Positions 49,336 to 61,507 of a stretch of 64,000 nt of DNA are shown piece after piece. The stretch spans positions 51,834,001 through 51,898,000 of the forward strand of contig OZ076409.1 in NCBI GenBank assembly GCA_964187785.1, in the 5' to 3' direction. The translations under genes and the position numbers were made by a program. This stretch comes from Amphiscolops sp. MND2022. Taxonomy: Eukaryota. Numbering within the stretch: the first letter of the stretch is position 1; each line of letters opens with the position of its first letter. The notes under the pieces were generated by a model. That model was not told where the DNA came from and ran no database searches. It worked only from the letters and a program-made list of their open reading frames with translations.

Positions 49336-49959
49336 TTTTTAGTCGGCGCTTCATGAAGCGAACGGCGACTATTATAGTGACTTTTTTTATGATTTTTTCA
49401 ATCCACACGAACTGACCAAAATAGTTCTTATGAGTTCTACAAAATTTTATGGTCCCAAATTGAATCATTTGGTCTAGCGAACTGAACCGAAAAGTTTTTT
49501 GCCTTTTTCCGCGTAACACCATACTGGGAGAGACTAAAGGGTCCCTCATTTCAGTTTTTTTTCGGCATTGAGATTTTTTTTGAAATAAATTTCCCAGAGG
49601 GCCCCCTTCATTTTTTGGTTTCGCAACAGAATAGATATTGAAAAATCCCAAAGGATCCCCTTTTCAGTTTTTTCGGCATTGTGAGACATTTTTCGGATAT
49701 TTTTTACCAATTTTTTTCACCCTTCAATTTTTTGATGTTTTGCAACAATAGAATTTGAAAAATGTGAAAGGATCCCCTTTTAGCGCACCAGGGGCCCGCG
49801 CTAGCGGGCACCTGGCGCGCTAGTTCCGTCGTTTGGGTTTTTCGTGAGTTTGATGCACTTTTTGTGAGTTTGATACTTTGAGTTTTTTGACACTTTCATG
49901 TCCTTTTGCTATTTTCGAGCCTTAGATATGGCGCCGACTTATGCCGTTCCCGGCTTGTT
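49336..49959 (+). mobile_element. HINE/Helentron-like repeat
   Basis: TTTTT-AGTCGGCGC ... GCGCCGACT subterminal IR, 3' hairpin GCCG-TTCC-CGGC, ends TTGTT. Confidence 0.7.
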
Positions 49960-52900
49960 TTTCAATCCACACGAACTGACCAAAATAGTTCTTTAAAGTG
50001 CTACGAAATTTTTTGGTCCCAAATTGAATCGCCTAGCGAACTGAACCAAAAAGGATTTTCCTCTTTTTCCGCGTAACATACAATACCGGGAGAGACTAAA
50101 GGGTCTCCCCTTTCAGTTTTTTTCTTCTTTGTGAGACTTTTTTTCGAAATTGAAGGAAAAAATCAAAGTACTTCTGGGGATATATGAGCGTAGAACGAGT
50201 GCAAGTGTTCCAAAGGAGATCAGCAAAATTGAAGGGTGGACCCTTTGGAGACAAAAGATTTCGAAAAGAAGTCGCACAGTGCCGGAAAAAATCAAAGGGG
50301 CTATAGTCTCGTCCGGTTTTGTATCTACGTTACGGCCGGGTTTTATCAAGTCTCTTTGGTCTCTAGTTTGAGTATCAGGGCACTTTTAGTCTCTAATCAC
50401 TCTCGATCATTTGGTCTCTATTTTCGGAAGCTTAGGATGGTCACCCTGATTGCATCAAACCCAAGCCACGAGACATAGAGACGTTCTCCAGCTTAAGTCT
50501 ATCAAGAATAGTTGCAGAATCGATTCAGATTTACATCATATATATTATCATTACATTTGAAAGCGAATTTGTATTTGACACTCGATCCCGGGCTAAGTTG
50601 GATTTTGACTCAACTTAGTTAATTCAAGTTTTTTTTCTCCTCAAATAGAAACAACATGGCAATCACTTAGTCGCGTTCCTGACATTTAGAAGATAAACTT
50701 TCCGTTGTCCCATAATAATTTGGTTTTTGAGTAATAAAATTTTGACAACTTTGCTGACCTGTTTAATTTGTTCGCTTTCACTTGATCAAGTCCGCCCACC
50801 TGAATTATCGAATCTCAATAATTTATCGTACCGAACGTGTCAAATAGGGAGCATACATATTCATTTCAAGACTTAGTTACTGTTTTTGATATACTGCTGA
50901 TTAGACTCCGCAGAAACTCACGCTGAAGGACCGGTAAACTTCACACGCACTTTATTTGATAGATACCAAATGAAAAAGCGTTTCAGTTTCACGGGTAAAA
51001 TATTTCGCTTAACATTGTTAAACAGCAATACCAATTGTTTCAGTTTCAAAACTTGAATTTTGACACTCATCAGTAAGAACTAGCTGTAGAAAGTTCGCTC
51101 TACCGGTGCTTTTTGGCAAACTGCTGAACATTTTTCTGCCAAAATTGATTTTTGTTGAAATTTTATTCACTCTGTATTACGTAATCTCGATCAAAAATTT
51201 CACACTTTTCACTTCGGTGACTTTGAAAATTGGCAGGGTGTTATTTCACACGATTTTACGCCGCGTAAGTTCCTGCAGAATTGATTTTTTTAAACGCGAT
51301 TAACTATCGAGGAAGACTCAGTGTAAGTTAAATTCTCCGTGAGCAGAAAGTGAATTAGATTAAGGCATAGTAGACCAAATGTCAATTTCGAAATCATAGT
51401 TTTTAGCCACAATGAAGGGTGAAAGAAATCAGAAAACTTAGTTAACGGGACTGTTGAGTGGACTTAGTTAACGGTTTTTGTATTTCAACCATTATTCTCG
51501 GTTTCTGGTTGAAACTTGTAAAGCCGCTTGTATGATTTATTCACCTATACAAAGATATACCCCTGAAAAACAACAGAAATGAATGGATTTTAGATACAAT
51601 CGTCAAAAGCGTAAGTTCTTGTCTTAGTGCATGTATATTCTACTTTCAGTAACATGACGAATTACTTTAAGGAATTACTTTGATTTGCCAATCAATTCGG
51701 ATACAATGGCGGTTCGATACTTGATTTTACTCAATGTTGCATATTTTTCAATCGAAAATTTTCTAAAAGTCAGTGTCAGTTTTATCAACTTTCAGATGCT
51801 GAATGTATAATAATTTTGCAATGATCAGAATCACTGCATTCGTTGAGTATCTTACTCAATTCAGGAACTCATTTGCCTGACAAATAACTTCAAATCATAG
51901 ATCAGTAAATTGTATTAAATGGTATATTGAATATTATGTATAACATTTGAATTGGTTTTATTTCAGATAAGCTTGCTTTCTGTGGAATGCCCAAAAGATC
52001 GTTTTTTTTTAATCTGATGTTTTTGTGAGTGAATTTCATCGGTCTTCGTTTCACAATGTTTGACAGCTTTTAGTCAACATTGAGCAAAACTGAACTACTT
52101 TTTGATCTGGATAATTTTTGTATTAGATTTTATGGACTTCGCATTTTTCACTATTTTGACGCCTCGCTTTTTGTTTTAAACCATTTGGTGCTTACGTAAA
52201 CAAACTTCAAGTCTCTTAGCCTCAAACTTTTTGACTGTCGAGTATCTTCTTTACTTGCTGCATTATTTCAAAGTATGGTTCTCTAGCGTCGGAGCATGCC
52301 GCGTATTTAATAATTGACCCGTTCTAATGTAGACTGGAAAGCGTTGTTGCCACCGCTGCACAAAGCTTCTGTTTTGATGTTATTTTAAGAACATTGAATT
52401 TTCGAAAAAGTTGATGGAAAAAATTCATTGCTTGATATTGATATCTCCGACTACGTATACCACAGAAATGAATTGTGACGCGTTGAAGAGGTTATATACT
52501 AGGCTAAAGTCTGATATGACTTCGTTCGAACTTATGGGTTATACACAACATATTGTGTTGTTTTGTTGCTCAATGCCTTCTTGTATAAGGTGAAACTGTT
52601 GTTTTGTATGCGTCAGTGATTTGGGAATTTTTGCTCTTGCCGAAAATGGAGTTTTGGACAATCAACCTTTTTTCCGAGGAAAATAGAATTTTCTCAACAC
52701 CGGAGAAAACCTTACTTTTCTGCAACCTTTATGCATTTTGTACCAACCACCGTACCGGCAAAATGTGAATTGTAATGTGTGCTGAAAATGAGCTACTGGC
52801 AAAATCGTTCAGAAGTTGAAAAATTTGTAGGCCGCATTGACTGCTAGGTTAATTGGAGTTAAGTTTGGGTATAAAACTGAGTCACGGCGTTTTTTGATTC

Positions 52901-53848
52901 TTTTACATGTAAACATTACAGAGCAAGTTTTGAGTGTGATCAATCAATAATGGGCATCTTGAGCAATCAATCAATATGCAAATAACGACTGGTTACTGCC
53001 CTCAGATTGGGCTCTGAAAGCGAATTTTACATGTTAAGATTCATGTTTTTTTTGCAACATCTTGTGTTGCTGGTAATAAAGGCCCAGGACTTTGAGTGAA
53101 AAACTCTTGCGCAATCTCTTGCGTCAAATTTTAAACCTAAATTGCGTCAAATTAAAACAGAATATAGGTCCAAACATACTGTAATTGTTTTCAGAAGTGT
53201 TCCAAGGTTCAAGAAAGCATTTTTATATATGGAATTTTTTCGATTTTCTCAAAAAATGTTCATACGATTCATACGAAATTTTTACAATCATTCTACACCT
53301 GATTAGGGTCTTATGTGTGCAATGACATCAAAATCGTATGACTGGGATCTGAAGAACATAGCCAAAATTAGTCCAAAAATGACAAATTACGTGATTTGTT
53401 TTTCAATATTTTAATCCGTTTTCGACTTCTGTACCGCACATGCGGCTGTAGTTTGAATTTTTTCTTCGAAAATTTGGATTATTCTGATGTTTCCAGTTCA
53501 GAAAAAAAACTGTCTCAAGGGTACCCCTTCTGGTATTTTTGGCACTGTATGATTGAAAATTTTCACAATAGTTGTCCCTTGACTATTTCAAACATTTCGC
53601 TCTTTTTGAACCTTGAGCGTACCGACTTGGATCGTTCCCGACTTGTCGATGATTTAACTTGACGTGCAAGAATTATTTAGTTGTTTAAATCGAAACTCTA
53701 TGTACGGACTTCTGCAGCAGCCACAGCGTTCCCAGTTTTAAATAACTGTTCAAAATTTTCACACGGTTGAACAGGGTTTCAATCAAGAAAAAAAGTTGAG
53801 TCTGTCGATATTAATAAAAAACCTTGAATATATAAATTCAGTTTCAAC

Positions 53849-54438
53849 TTTTTAGTCGGCGCTTCATGAAGTGAAAAGTGACTATTATAATGACTTTTTT
53901 TCAATCCACACGAACTGACCAAAATAGTTCTTCAAAAGTTCTACGAAATATTGTTGTGTCAAATTGAACCATTTCGCCTAGCGAACTGAACCAAAACGTT
54001 TTTCCTGTTTTCCGCGTAACATACTGTACCGGGCGAGACTAAAGGGTCCCCCCATTCAGTTTTTTGGCATTTTGAGACCTTTTCCCGAAAAATCCCTCAA
54101 AGGCCCCCTTCAATTGTTTAATGCTTGGAAACAGAAAGGATGTTGAAAAATCCCAAAGGGTCCCCCTTTCAGTTTTTTTCGGCATTGTGAGATTTTTTTT
54201 CGAAAAATTTTAAATGACTTCAAAGGGTCCTTCTTTATTTTTTCAATGTTTTGCGACAGAAATGTTGAAAAATCCCAAAGGGTCTCCCCTTTTGGCGCAC
54301 CGGTTCGGTCGTTTGGGTTTTCGTGAGTTTGATACTTTTTTTGTGAGTTTGATACTTTGAGTTTTTTGACACTTCAATGTCCTTTTGCTATTTTTGAGCC
54401 TTAGATATGGCGCCTACTTATGCCGCTCCCGGCTTGTT
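53849..54438 (+). mobile_element. HINE/Helentron-like repeat
   Basis: Same termini and internal AAAGGGTCCCC/AAAAATCCC repeats as 49336-49959. Confidence 0.7.
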
Positions 54439-55012
54439 AATGGTAATCTCGACAGATCTCGAACCAAATCGCTTGAAATGGTTATTCCAATTATTTCGGT
54501 CTTCCATGGTTTCTTGTATTGACTAGTTCTAGTATTTTTGCTTAAAGTGGCGTCAAAAATAGCTAAATTGGCCTAAAGTGTTGGTGTGCAGAAAAGTGAG
54601 GTCAATTAATTGTGAAGTGCATGAAAACCGCCATTTTATCAAATAACTAATACTTACCTGTTTAATCTCGTAAAAAAACGCTCAAGTAGTCATTTGGCGT
54701 TTGAGATTTTTGAAACTCCTTGAAAGGCTTTCATTTTAACTAATGAATTTTGATTTGCGGTAATATGAACGTCAGCACTTCGATCTACCTTCACTTATAT
54801 TTTTGCGGTAGTTTGATTAAAGATTAGGAAATATTGATTTGTTCAAAATTAGTCGCAAATGTATATTTTTGTATTTGCCATTAGAAAGAAAGCAAAGAAA
54901 GCTTCAAAATGCTATAGCAATTTATTAAACTTACTAAAAAGGGAATACAGGCCGCGGCTCTCTGAAAGTCATCTAGTTTGACTTCCAACCAACATTTTAA
55001 CAATTCTCAATT

Positions 55013-55190
55013 TACCGTATTTATTCGAATACAGGCCTCGGCTTGTAAGTTTTTCCGCAGTGATTTCACGGCCTATATTCGGAGACATACGTTAAGCTAT
55101 GGCTTTTAGGATACAATTTTAAGTCTTCATGCGGCTTCTAATCGGGAGCGGCCTATATTCGGAGGCGATTTCTATTCGAAGAAATACGGT
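55013..55190. mobile_element. Small Tc1/pogo-type MITE
   Basis: ACCGTATTTATTCGAATA ... TATTCGAAGAAATACGGT termini and internal GCGGC repeats. Confidence 0.65.
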
Positions 55191-55257
55191 GTACTTCTTG
55201 GAATGTGTTCTTTGGTGAGGGTTCAAAAGTTAGCTGATATATCTTCTTTACTTTCAG

Positions 55258-55375
55258 ACATGTCGGCGATCTTGGCAACGTGTGCGCGGACGAGAATGGA
55301 GAAGTGGACGAAGTGTTCGTAGACTCCAAAGCTCTACTAACTGGTGCAAATTCAATTTTGTCGAGGGCCATTGTC
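55258..55375 (+). CDS. SOD3: Cu/Zn SOD exon 4
   Basis: CTTTCAG acceptor completes AG|A; HVGDLGNV..LTGANSILSRAIV; GTGAGT donor. Confidence 0.93.
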
Positions 55376-55742
55376 GTGAGTATTTTCTTGAAAATTGTGG
55401 GTACTTTAGGAGTGGAATCATTGTTCTCTAAAAAGTTGTCTATCTTGTTGGCAAGCAAAGTAAATTTTCGGTTTTGAAGGGTTTTGTTTATACACAAGTT
55501 TTTAGTCGGTGTTTGTTGTTGAGAAAAAGAGCCCACTGTTGCATTAAATTTGGTTTTCTCCGGGAAGTATCTCGACTAATCGAATCTATTACTGAAACAG
55601 ATTTAGTACTATAGTCCACTAGAAGACTGATTGTTACTGATTTATAATTGTACTATTTAAATTATGGCAATTTTTTCGTAATTTAAATTTTGAAAAATAT
55701 TTATACCAATATGATTGGATATCACTGCTAGAAGTCTTTAAG

Positions 55743-56000
55743 GTACACTCGGGTGCAGATGACTTGACATCGCAGCCCACAGGAGACGCTGGAAGCAGAC
55801 TGGGATGTTGCGTCATTGGTGATGCTGCTGAGTGGGCAGTTGAAGACATCGGATTCGGATTCGGATTCACCAACTTCAGCGAGTTCAACACCACGAGTTC
55901 GAATCCAAATCACGTCCATGATAGTTCACGGACACCACGAGTTCGAATCCAAATCACGTCCATGATATTTTGTATCATGGCTCTGTCAAAACTATTCTAA
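55743..56000 (+). CDS. SOD3: Cu/Zn SOD exon 5 with hydrophobic C-terminal tail
   Basis: TTTAAG acceptor; VHSGADDL..TGDAGSRLGCCVIG, then an extension ending IQITSMIFCIMALSKLF*. Confidence 0.9.
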   Translation, partial: VHSGADDLTSQPTGDAGSRLGCCVIGDAAEWAVEDIGFGFGFTNFSEFNTTSSNPNHVHDSSRTPRVRIQITSMIFCIMALSKLF

Positions 56001-58580
56001 TGACGTTATTTGTATAATCTGTAAATCTCACATACCTCTTGCTCGAACTACTTTACTAACTATATCTGCTATAATGAACCAAATTCAATCAAATGTGTCT
56101 GGACTGGAAACTTTTTGTTCCGTTTGTCTAGAGTCACATACTTTCTTTCCTTTAAACCTTTTTTCGCTGACTTCAAAAAATGTATTTGGTATGCTTCAAA
56201 GTAATTACATGGGTATCGAAACAGTTTGTTAGTGATGATAGCAAATTTTGTTCGATTTTGTTAGAGAGGGGTGTTGATATACTATATTCATTAGAAACAT
56301 CATTGAGACAATGAAATTATGAGGATAAAAAATTGGAATCTAGGAAAACACTTCGTGAAGTAATTGCTAGATTTGTTATAATTTTTGTATCATCAATAAG
56401 ATGATCTCTACTTTTTAGCCCAAGAGAGGCTTGTTTGATGAGGTATTTGAAGCTAAAAGCGGTCTGTGTTTATTATACGAGTTTTCCAGCTACCAAAGTT
56501 TTGGAATAGTATCGTAGAATTGGAAGTAGTGCAACAAGTCAACAAACTCTTTCGAAGACAAGCCAAAATCAAACAGCTAAAAACGCGTAGAATAAGCCAA
56601 AATTGTATAGTCTGGTCCCTATTTTAACGCAAAATTTTTAGCTATAAAATCTGATTATCAACTTTCAACCGTCAATCAATGTAAAAGATTGTCGACATCA
56701 ATTATTTTATCGGACCAAAAATATCAAAAAAATTGAAGGGAGGACCCTTCGGAGACATAAAAAAGTCTCACAAAGCCGAAATTACATGCACAAAAAAATT
56801 GGTCGAGTGAGACTCGAACCCACGTCCTTCTGCTTGGCAGACATCAAAAACTATCCTAATTAACCTCTATGCTAAGTGGCAGTAGAAGTTACAAGTGTGG
56901 CAGTTAGTGGACGCAGCTTATAAAGCTTATGAAATGTGTCACTTCGTTGGTCTTAAAAAAAGACACTACTATAGTCTGCGTTTTTCTACGAAAAGCGCCG
57001 ACTAATAATCGGGTACATTGCGCGAAATGTTTGGAATTACCAAAGAAACATGGTAATTATAATACTCTAGGGATCCAAATAAGAGGGGGCACTTTCTCGT
57101 TTTGAGATTTTTTAGAAAGGGGGTCCAAATTAGAGGGGTAATTTCTATTCAGAGATTGGATAAAAGCACTCAACAATGAAAGGGTTTTCTTTTTATAAAA
57201 AACATTACGGTCAAAAACATTTCGGTCAAAAACATCACAACGGGGGCCAAAATGGTAATCGCTCCACTTGGGGATACTTACCCCGCACAAGTTCTCGCTA
57301 TCGAAACTTAGGCTCATTAAGTTACTTTAATTTTAATCGAGATTCTCATTTCCGAAGCATAGAAATTTTAAACCCCAATTGACCTGGGCGTTTTTAAAAT
57401 TTCCAAAAAAAATTGGCAAAAAATTTTCAATCATCAATATCTCCACAACTACGCGTACCAGAGGAACGAAATATAGCACGTTTGAAAGCTCTAATATTGG
57501 GCTTTCATTTTGGTCGGCTGAGCCCCTGTCGCCGCGCGCCCCTTTCTTCAGAATTTTAATCTCTTCCGGTACCGCCGCGCGGGGGCTTGTAGTAACAACA
57601 GAATATTATAGGGGTTTGTTGTAGAAGGGCATGTGGTTGGTTTTTTCTAGTGATCAAAGACTTTTGAGAAAACTGGATTTCGTCAAAAACTGAATTTTGA
57701 GGAAATATAACTTTTTTGTGGAAAAAAAACATTTTTCTCAGCTTTGGAGACATATTCCCTTTTCTAATGCTTGTGCCATTCCAATCAATCTAGGTACCAA
57801 TTACTTGTTGAAAAAAACTGTGCTAGAGAAATTGGGCTACTGGCAAAAGGAATTTAGAAAAAAGGTAGTGCCAAAAAATGTAAAAGGGGGGACCCGTTGG
57901 GATTTTTTGAACGTTCATTCTGTTGCAAAATATCAAAAAAATGAAGGGAGGACCCTTTGGAGACATGAAAAAGTCTCACAAAGCCGAAATTACATGCACA
58001 AAAAAAATTGGTCGAGTGAGACTCGAACCCACGTCCTTCTGCTTGGCAGACATCAAAAACTATCCTAATTAACCTCTATGCTAAGTGGCAGTAGAAGTTA
58101 CAAGTGTGGCAGTTAGTGGACGCAGCTTATAAAGCTTATGAAATGTGTCACTTCGTTGGTCTTAAAAAAGACACTACTATAGTCTGCGTTTTTCTACGAA
58201 GAGCGCCGACTAATAATCGGGTACATGGCGCGAAATGTTTGGAATTACCAAAGAAACATGGTAATTATAATACTCTAGGGATCCAAATAAGAGGGGGCAC
58301 TTTCTCGTTTTGAGATTTTTTAGAAAGGGGGTCCAAATTAGAGGGGTAATTTCTATTCAGAGATTGGATAAAAGCACTCAACAATGAAAGGGTTTTCTTT
58401 TTATAAAAAACATTACGGTCAAAAACATTTCGGTCAAAAACATCACAACGGGGGCCAAAATGGTAATCGCTCCACTTGGGGATACTTACCCCGCACAAGT
58501 TCTCGCTATCGAAACTTAGGCTCATTAAGTTACTTTAATTTTAATCGAGATTCTCAATTCCGAAGCATAGAAATTTTTAA

Positions 58581-59104
58581 CCCCAATTGACCTGGGCGTT
58601 TTTAAAATTTCCAAAAAAATTGGCAAAAAAATTTTCAATCATCAATATCTCCACAACTACGCGTACCAGAGGAACGAACTATAGCACGTTTGAAAGCTCT
58701 GATATTGGGCTTTCATTTTGGTCAGCTGAGCCCCTGTCGCCGCGCGCCCCTTCATAATTTTAATCTCTTCCGGTACCGCCGCGCGGGGGCTTGTAGTAAC
58801 AACAGAATATTATAGGGGTTTGTTGTAGAAGGGTATGTGGTTGGTTTTTTCTATTGATCAAAGACTTTTGAGAAAACTGGATTTCGTCAAAAACTGAATT
58901 TTGAGAAAATATAACTATTTTTTGTGGAAAAAAAAACATTTTTCTCAGCTTTGGAGACATTCCCTTTTCTAATGCTTGTGCCATTCCAATCAATGTAGGT
59001 ACCAATTACTTGTTGAAAAAACTGTGCTAGAGAAAATGGACTACTGGCAAAAGGAATTTAGAAAAAAGGTAGGCTGCTTTAAAGCACCACTAGGCTCATT
59101 GGGG
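58581..59104. mobile_element. piggyBac-like MITE (copy at 62598-63121)
   Basis: TTAA|CCCCAAT ... ATTGGGG|TTAA termini. Confidence 0.7.
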
Positions 59105-61073
59105 TTAAAATGCAAAATTTTGGGTGTCTGCACGAAATACCAGATGACCGAATACAGGAGGACAAATTACCACAGGACTTCTTGCGCGCACTTCCGTAAA
59201 ATTGCTTGAAACGTTTGAAAGCGCTAGTGATTGCACTAACCTGAATGGAAGTTGCGCCCTTTGGAACAGCAACTAATCTTCCTCGAATATTTTTATTGGG
59301 TGATTTCTTTTCCTCTTGTCCTCAAATTACCCGCATGCCTGTGACTGGACAAATGATTTGGACAACTGATGGGGAAATCATTTCAGATCCAAGAGGAAAA
59401 GCGAAATATCTACCATCAAACTCAATCAAAACAGACCTTGAAAGAAATCCATATGAAGCCCAACTGACGATGCCATCACCTAGCATCAACATAGCAACTC
59501 AGATCACCCTGTGTCATAGAACACTTCCCGTCAACTATAAATGAATTGCTGTTAATTTGATCAAGTTTGATTCCTCGAGGAATATTTCCAAGATGTGAAG
59601 AATTTTACTGATGTATTTGTTCAAAACGGCATTGTATAGAGTGCTTCTACGGCTCTGAACTTCCTGGAATCTAATTCCCAAGTTTCCGAATGAAACCTAT
59701 TTTATTTTTGATAACAGTAAATTGCGGAATGGGTGATTTCTATGCAAGTATCCTAGTGATATTGATTTTTGTTTTTTTGCACCAATTGCCCTTTTTTTGA
59801 TTCATTGACCACTACGTGGAACATTTTGTAGAAAAGTTATACTGTGATTTGTATGTTCAACATTTCCTTTATTTCGGCCTCGAGCCCTTGGAGGCAAAAG
59901 TTGCAATATCTCAGTGAACTAAAATCGACAGCCATTTGGTCAATTAAATTAAACGAGCCGCGTATAATTTTGGATCAAGGCCACATGTAAGAATAGTTTC
60001 AGCCAACAATCAAATGAGCGAAAAGTAGAACAAATTGAATTAGCGAAAAGTAGAATTGTTCGTCACTAAATTACTGACCCAATATTTTTTTACCAACAGC
60101 TTAGATTTCATTGCTCCGAGTTAAACTACGAGATTATTTCTTTCACCAAATTCAAAATTAGGATTGGTATAAGAAACTTGTACGGAAGTTAAATGTTTAC
60201 TACTGGAATTTTTCAAAACTTCTCCGGAAAGTTTGTGGGAGTTACATATACTTTTTGCAATTTTTTTCGAGGATTAGTCAGTCGATTTTCCACGTCAGGT
60301 TCATTCCAAATGCAAGTAGGCTCCCTTGTTAATATTTCTGCTTTAGCAGGAATATTTTTGTAACCTCAAACTTTCTACTTTTTTTCAGTACATATTTTCG
60401 GACGATCTGAATAATTCAGATATTTTGTTCGGCAGTGAGTGTAAGCGAGAGAGCTGCCGAAGACAATTCAATTCTAGTGCGATGGAACGAGCGAGTGGTA
60501 ATTATCCATTCGTATGCTGACGTCATTGAGATGAAGCGAGCGAATGTTCGTAATTGTGCTTTCGTTGCCCCGAGTTATTGAGATGAAGAGTTAATTATTC
60601 GTTCATTGAGAGCTTCGCCTGCATTCAAATACGAATGCGAAACTTCGTCTACGCTTAGTAGTTATATTTTCTTTAGTCCGAGAAGAATTAAAGGCGGTGT
60701 AAACTTGTACAGTGATTACATGTAATTGTGCGCTAATAAAGATTGAACAAGATTGGTATTCCAGATATGATTCTTTTTTAATGAATTTTTTTGTTTCAAA
60801 AAAATAAAGATTAAAGCAGAAATAGTACTGAGCCCCGGAGGGGCCTATTTTTACCAAATGTTATAACACCCCATTATTTAACGACGTGGCCAGTCTAAAA
60901 TGAATGTTGATTTGGTGTCGTCACGCTGCAAGTTGCAGAGCCTCCTTGCAGTGTCATTAACGGTCCCATGAAAATCAACGTGGAAAACTTCAGCAATTTT
61001 GTTTTGAAAAACTGATTTTTTTGCTGACTCAAATATTAGTATACCCCCCAAAAAAGCCATTTTTTGTTTGTGG

Positions 61074-61507
61074 TTTTTAGTCGGCGCATTTTAGTAGAAA
61101 ATGTACCCGACTTCTACAGTGGGTAGTTTTTTTTAGACACGAAAGGTCCACTTTTTTGTTCAGTTCATTTGTTCAACAACTTGGGGGAGGTTCAAAATGC
61201 GGAGGTTAAAAACACTCGAAATCTCAGAACCTTGTGCAAAACAAAAAAAAAGAAACAAACGGACGTCCTGGAAAACATAAGGGTCCAAAGTTAGACTTTT
61301 CCAATTTTTTTTCGGCACTATAAGACATTTTTTCGAATTTTTTGTTACTGGAAAAATTTTTAATGTCTCCAAAGGGATCCCCTTTTCATACTTTGGAACA
61401 AACTGGGGTTTCTAAAAGCCCAAAAGGTCCACCTTTTTACAATTTTAAAAACTTCGCGCTTTTTGAGTCTTAGATATAGCGCCGACTTTGGCCGTTCCCG
61501 GCTTGTT
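61074..61507 (+). mobile_element. HINE/Helentron-like repeat
   Basis: Same subterminal IR and 3' hairpin, with a different interior. Confidence 0.7.

Noticed and set aside
56795..56860. tRNA gene
   Set aside because: Only anticodon- and T-arm-like parts are present, with no acceptor stem or D arm, and it is embedded in a multi-copy repeat.
59245..59544. 99-aa ORF (duplicated at 63262-63561)
   Set aside because: No recognisable motif; its recurrence is explained by the segmental duplication.
2697..60970. One giant TIR element bounded by the inverted blocks at 2.7-4.9 kb and 60.3-61.0 kb
   Set aside because: The arms are diverged, unevenly spaced and lack a TSD; dispersed repeats are the simpler explanation.
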